64,000 nt of DNA from an uncultured delta proteobacterium (lineage in GTDB: Bacteria; Desulfobacterota; Zymogenia; Zymogenales; Zymogenaceae), in contig CAVTLK010000002.1 in assembly GCA_963735595.1 (NCBI GenBank), positions 224,001 to 288,000 on the forward strand, given 5' to 3'. Position numbers and translations under genes: made by a program. The notes beneath the pieces are model-generated. The model was not told the origin of the DNA and made no database searches. It was given only the letters and a program-made list of their open reading frames with translations. How positions within the stretch are numbered: position 1 is the stretch's first letter; every line of letters begins with the position of its first letter. Shown here piece after piece: positions 61,887-64,000 of this stretch.

Positions 61887-63407
61887 GGTATCGCATCCTC
61901 AACGTGAATGGCGATGTCGATTACGGGTGTGCGTCCATCGATCGACGCATACCCGTCGACGCGCTCGGCGGCGTATAGGGCCGCAAACAGCCGTCGCTGT
62001 TGATCGAGGGAGAGGGTTACCGAGGGTATCGGGAGGGGCCTGTCGCAGCGTTCCAACTCCCGGTACATGCGCCTCGGCATGAGCGCCAGTGTTATCTCCC
62101 CGTCGGCAGTAGTATATCCCAAACCGCCGCCGGTTTCAAGGATTTCCGGCGGCACGCCGATAAGGGATTCATAGCGGTCGGAAACGACGGTTCGGCCGCC
62201 CCGCCCGGTCCATGCCATGTAGGTAACCCCGTCCTTCTCGAGGACCCGGCAATCGGTTCCGGCGCCCGTCACGGTTCTTTCCGTCATGCCGGGTAGGCGG
62301 AGCCGATCGATCGCCGTCTCCATTGACGGCCGGCTCTCCCCCACGCCGATAAGCCCCGCCCCCCCGCTGCACTCCGGGTCGCCCGAGAAGAAGTAGAGTA
62401 AACCCGTCGGGAAAGAGGTAGGGGAAGATGCCCGCCAGTCCCGCCTCAAGGGAGGGCGGGTCGGCAACGTCCCCTCCGGGAGGGGGGATTCGTCCGACCC
62501 TGACGGCGGCGACCACGCTATCGATCAAGACCGGAGGTTCCCGTTTACCGCGATATCGATCGTGGGGGAACAATGAGAGGAGGTCGATACCGCTTGCGCC
62601 TTCGGCGTGAAGGGCCAACACGCCTTCGTCATACGAGACAAAAAAGAGGATAGACCCGGTCAGTGACGCCCGGGCGGCGTTCGGGAAGGTTTCGGACGCG
62701 CCGGCAATCGACATCAGCCGCCCGGTGACGGCATACCCCGAAATAAGCCGGGAGGGTTCCCGGTCCTTTTTCATGCGCCGGAAATCGCGATTCGAGGCGA
62801 TTCTTCCCGTCGTCTTGTCGATGTGCCGGTCGAGGGCGGCGTAAAGGATATCGGCGTCGTTCGAGAGCAGGAGGAGATCCCCGTCAAGCGCCCAGAGCAG
62901 GGACCGCCCCGCGTCGAGCGCCGCTTCCTTGACCCGTAACCCCCGGTACGGCGTGACCGTAATCCCGGCATCGGTCCCGGCAAAGGAAAGCAGCCGGTCA
63001 ACCAGCAGGAAGTTCGGGTCAACACGGGAGACTAACAGGAATCGGGGCGAGACCTCCCCGGCATAGATACCGAGGGCCGACTCGTTGCCGACGGCCGACA
63101 TGACGGTATCGATAGTGATCCTTTCTGTCCAGTTGCCGTCTTCACCGTTGACCGAATCCAACAGCGTACGTATGGGCGGCAGCTCCTGAAGCCCCTCGAA
63201 TGTCCGGCTTTGCCAGTATTCGGTTTGGCTGACGGCACGCCAGGCGGCCAGGAGGTCTTTGCCCTCGACGAACAGGACCTCGGTGCCGTCGAAGAGGCGC
63301 TCCATCTCGCTCGGCCGCGGTTCCAATAACCTCCGAATAAAGAAGGCGGCCCCGACAATTGCGATGAGTATGACCGTGAGAAGGGTAAACTTTTTCCATC
63401 CGTTCAT
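61883..63407 (-). CDS. Membrane-anchored hypothetical protein split by a probable homopolymer frameshift
   Basis: ORFs 62169..63407 and 61883..62467 join if one C is removed from the C7 run at 62359-62365; the joined stop overlaps the next start (ATGA). Confidence 0.62.
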
Positions 63408-63472
63408 AGATATGTTTTATCACAGGTCGGCCCGCGTGTCATGTATTTTAGCGGCTTTCCAGGATTCCCAAT

Positions 63473-63510
63473 AAAAAGGCCCTTTCATGGCGTTGTTCCA
63501 TGAAAGGGCC
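63473..63510 (-). terminator. Rho-independent terminator
   Basis: 13-bp perfect stem GGCCCTTTCATGG/CCATGAAAGGGCC plus A-run. Confidence 0.75.
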
Positions 63511-63532
63511 GATAATGCTCTTATGCGTGATA

Positions 63533-64000
63533 CTATTCCTCGGGCTTCATCGTCATGACATACCGTGCGTCGGCATCGACACCCTTCCGGTCGATGACGA
63601 AGGGACGATAGGTCACCGTGCGCCAGAGGTCGATCTGGTCGTCGTAGTGGGGGCTCATGAAGTTCCCGGAGATGCCGGCGGGGATGACCCTGAGGGAATT
63701 GCCCATGTTCGAGAGGTCAAAAATGCACCGCTCGGACGCCCCGTGATACACTTCCCAGGGGTCTTCGAGGTGCCACGGCATCGGATTGACGGTTGAGATG
63801 CTCCCGCCCATCGGATAGGGGCCGCGGTCGAGGAAGAACGCGAGGATCCCCGACGATCTCCCGAACGCATGGTGATAGGTCAGCGTGTGAAGCTTGCCCC
63901 AGGCCCAGCGATCCGGTTTCTTGCTCATAGCCTCTTCGAGGTAGGTAACGGCCTCTTTGAAACTCTTGGTGATGACGGCATCCATATCCTCAACGTCTTT
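63533..64000 (-). CDS. Penicillin acylase family (S45) protein, C-terminal part
   Basis: WAWGKLH, GPYPMGG, GASER.IFDL, GISGN..SPHYDDQ..LW. Confidence 0.9.
   Translation of the reverse strand, partial: KDVEDMDAVITKSFKEAVTYLEEAMSKKPDRWAWGKLHTLTYHHAFGRSSGILAFFLDRGPYPMGGSISTVNPMPWHLEDPWEVYHGASERCIFDLSNMGNSLRVIPAGISGNFMSPHYDDQIDLWRTVTYRPFVIDRKGVDADARYVMTMKPEE

Overview
64 kb of GC-rich chromosome from an anaerobic bacterium; a Desulfobacterota/deltaproteobacterial affinity is inferred from gene content only (W/Mo aldehyde:ferredoxin oxidoreductase, selB, many hybrid histidine kinases). Recognisable genes include dgt, galK (frameshifted), nth, a complete phoB-phoR-pstSCAB-phoU block, selB and one tRNA-Phe(GAA). 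The most striking structure is a ~15.7 kb tandem array downstream of tRNA-Phe (18111-33902). The 3' half of the tRNA recurs exactly at 20686 and 30057 and in decayed form at 18183 and ~33645. Identity breaks at the anticodon loop. The intact copies sit in a conserved architecture: hairpin, tRNA 3' half, five 10-bp phased repeats, then TGTAACA x2. These att-like sites delimit 2.5, 9.4 and 3.8 kb cargo cassettes, none of which encodes an integrase, so this looks like an integron-like array of non-autonomous islets. Other oddities are a secreted protein ending in a Hint domain that lacks the His-Asn terminus, a membrane + MazG-like + homocysteine methyltransferase fusion, and an orphan duplicate of a QueG-like gene's 3' end flanking two genes. 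There are also nested palindromic repeats, a TcmP/DUF5131 islet, CRP/FNR/Rex-type palindromes, and several single-base frameshifts that may be assembly errors. All family assignments come from recognising motifs by eye, not from database searches.
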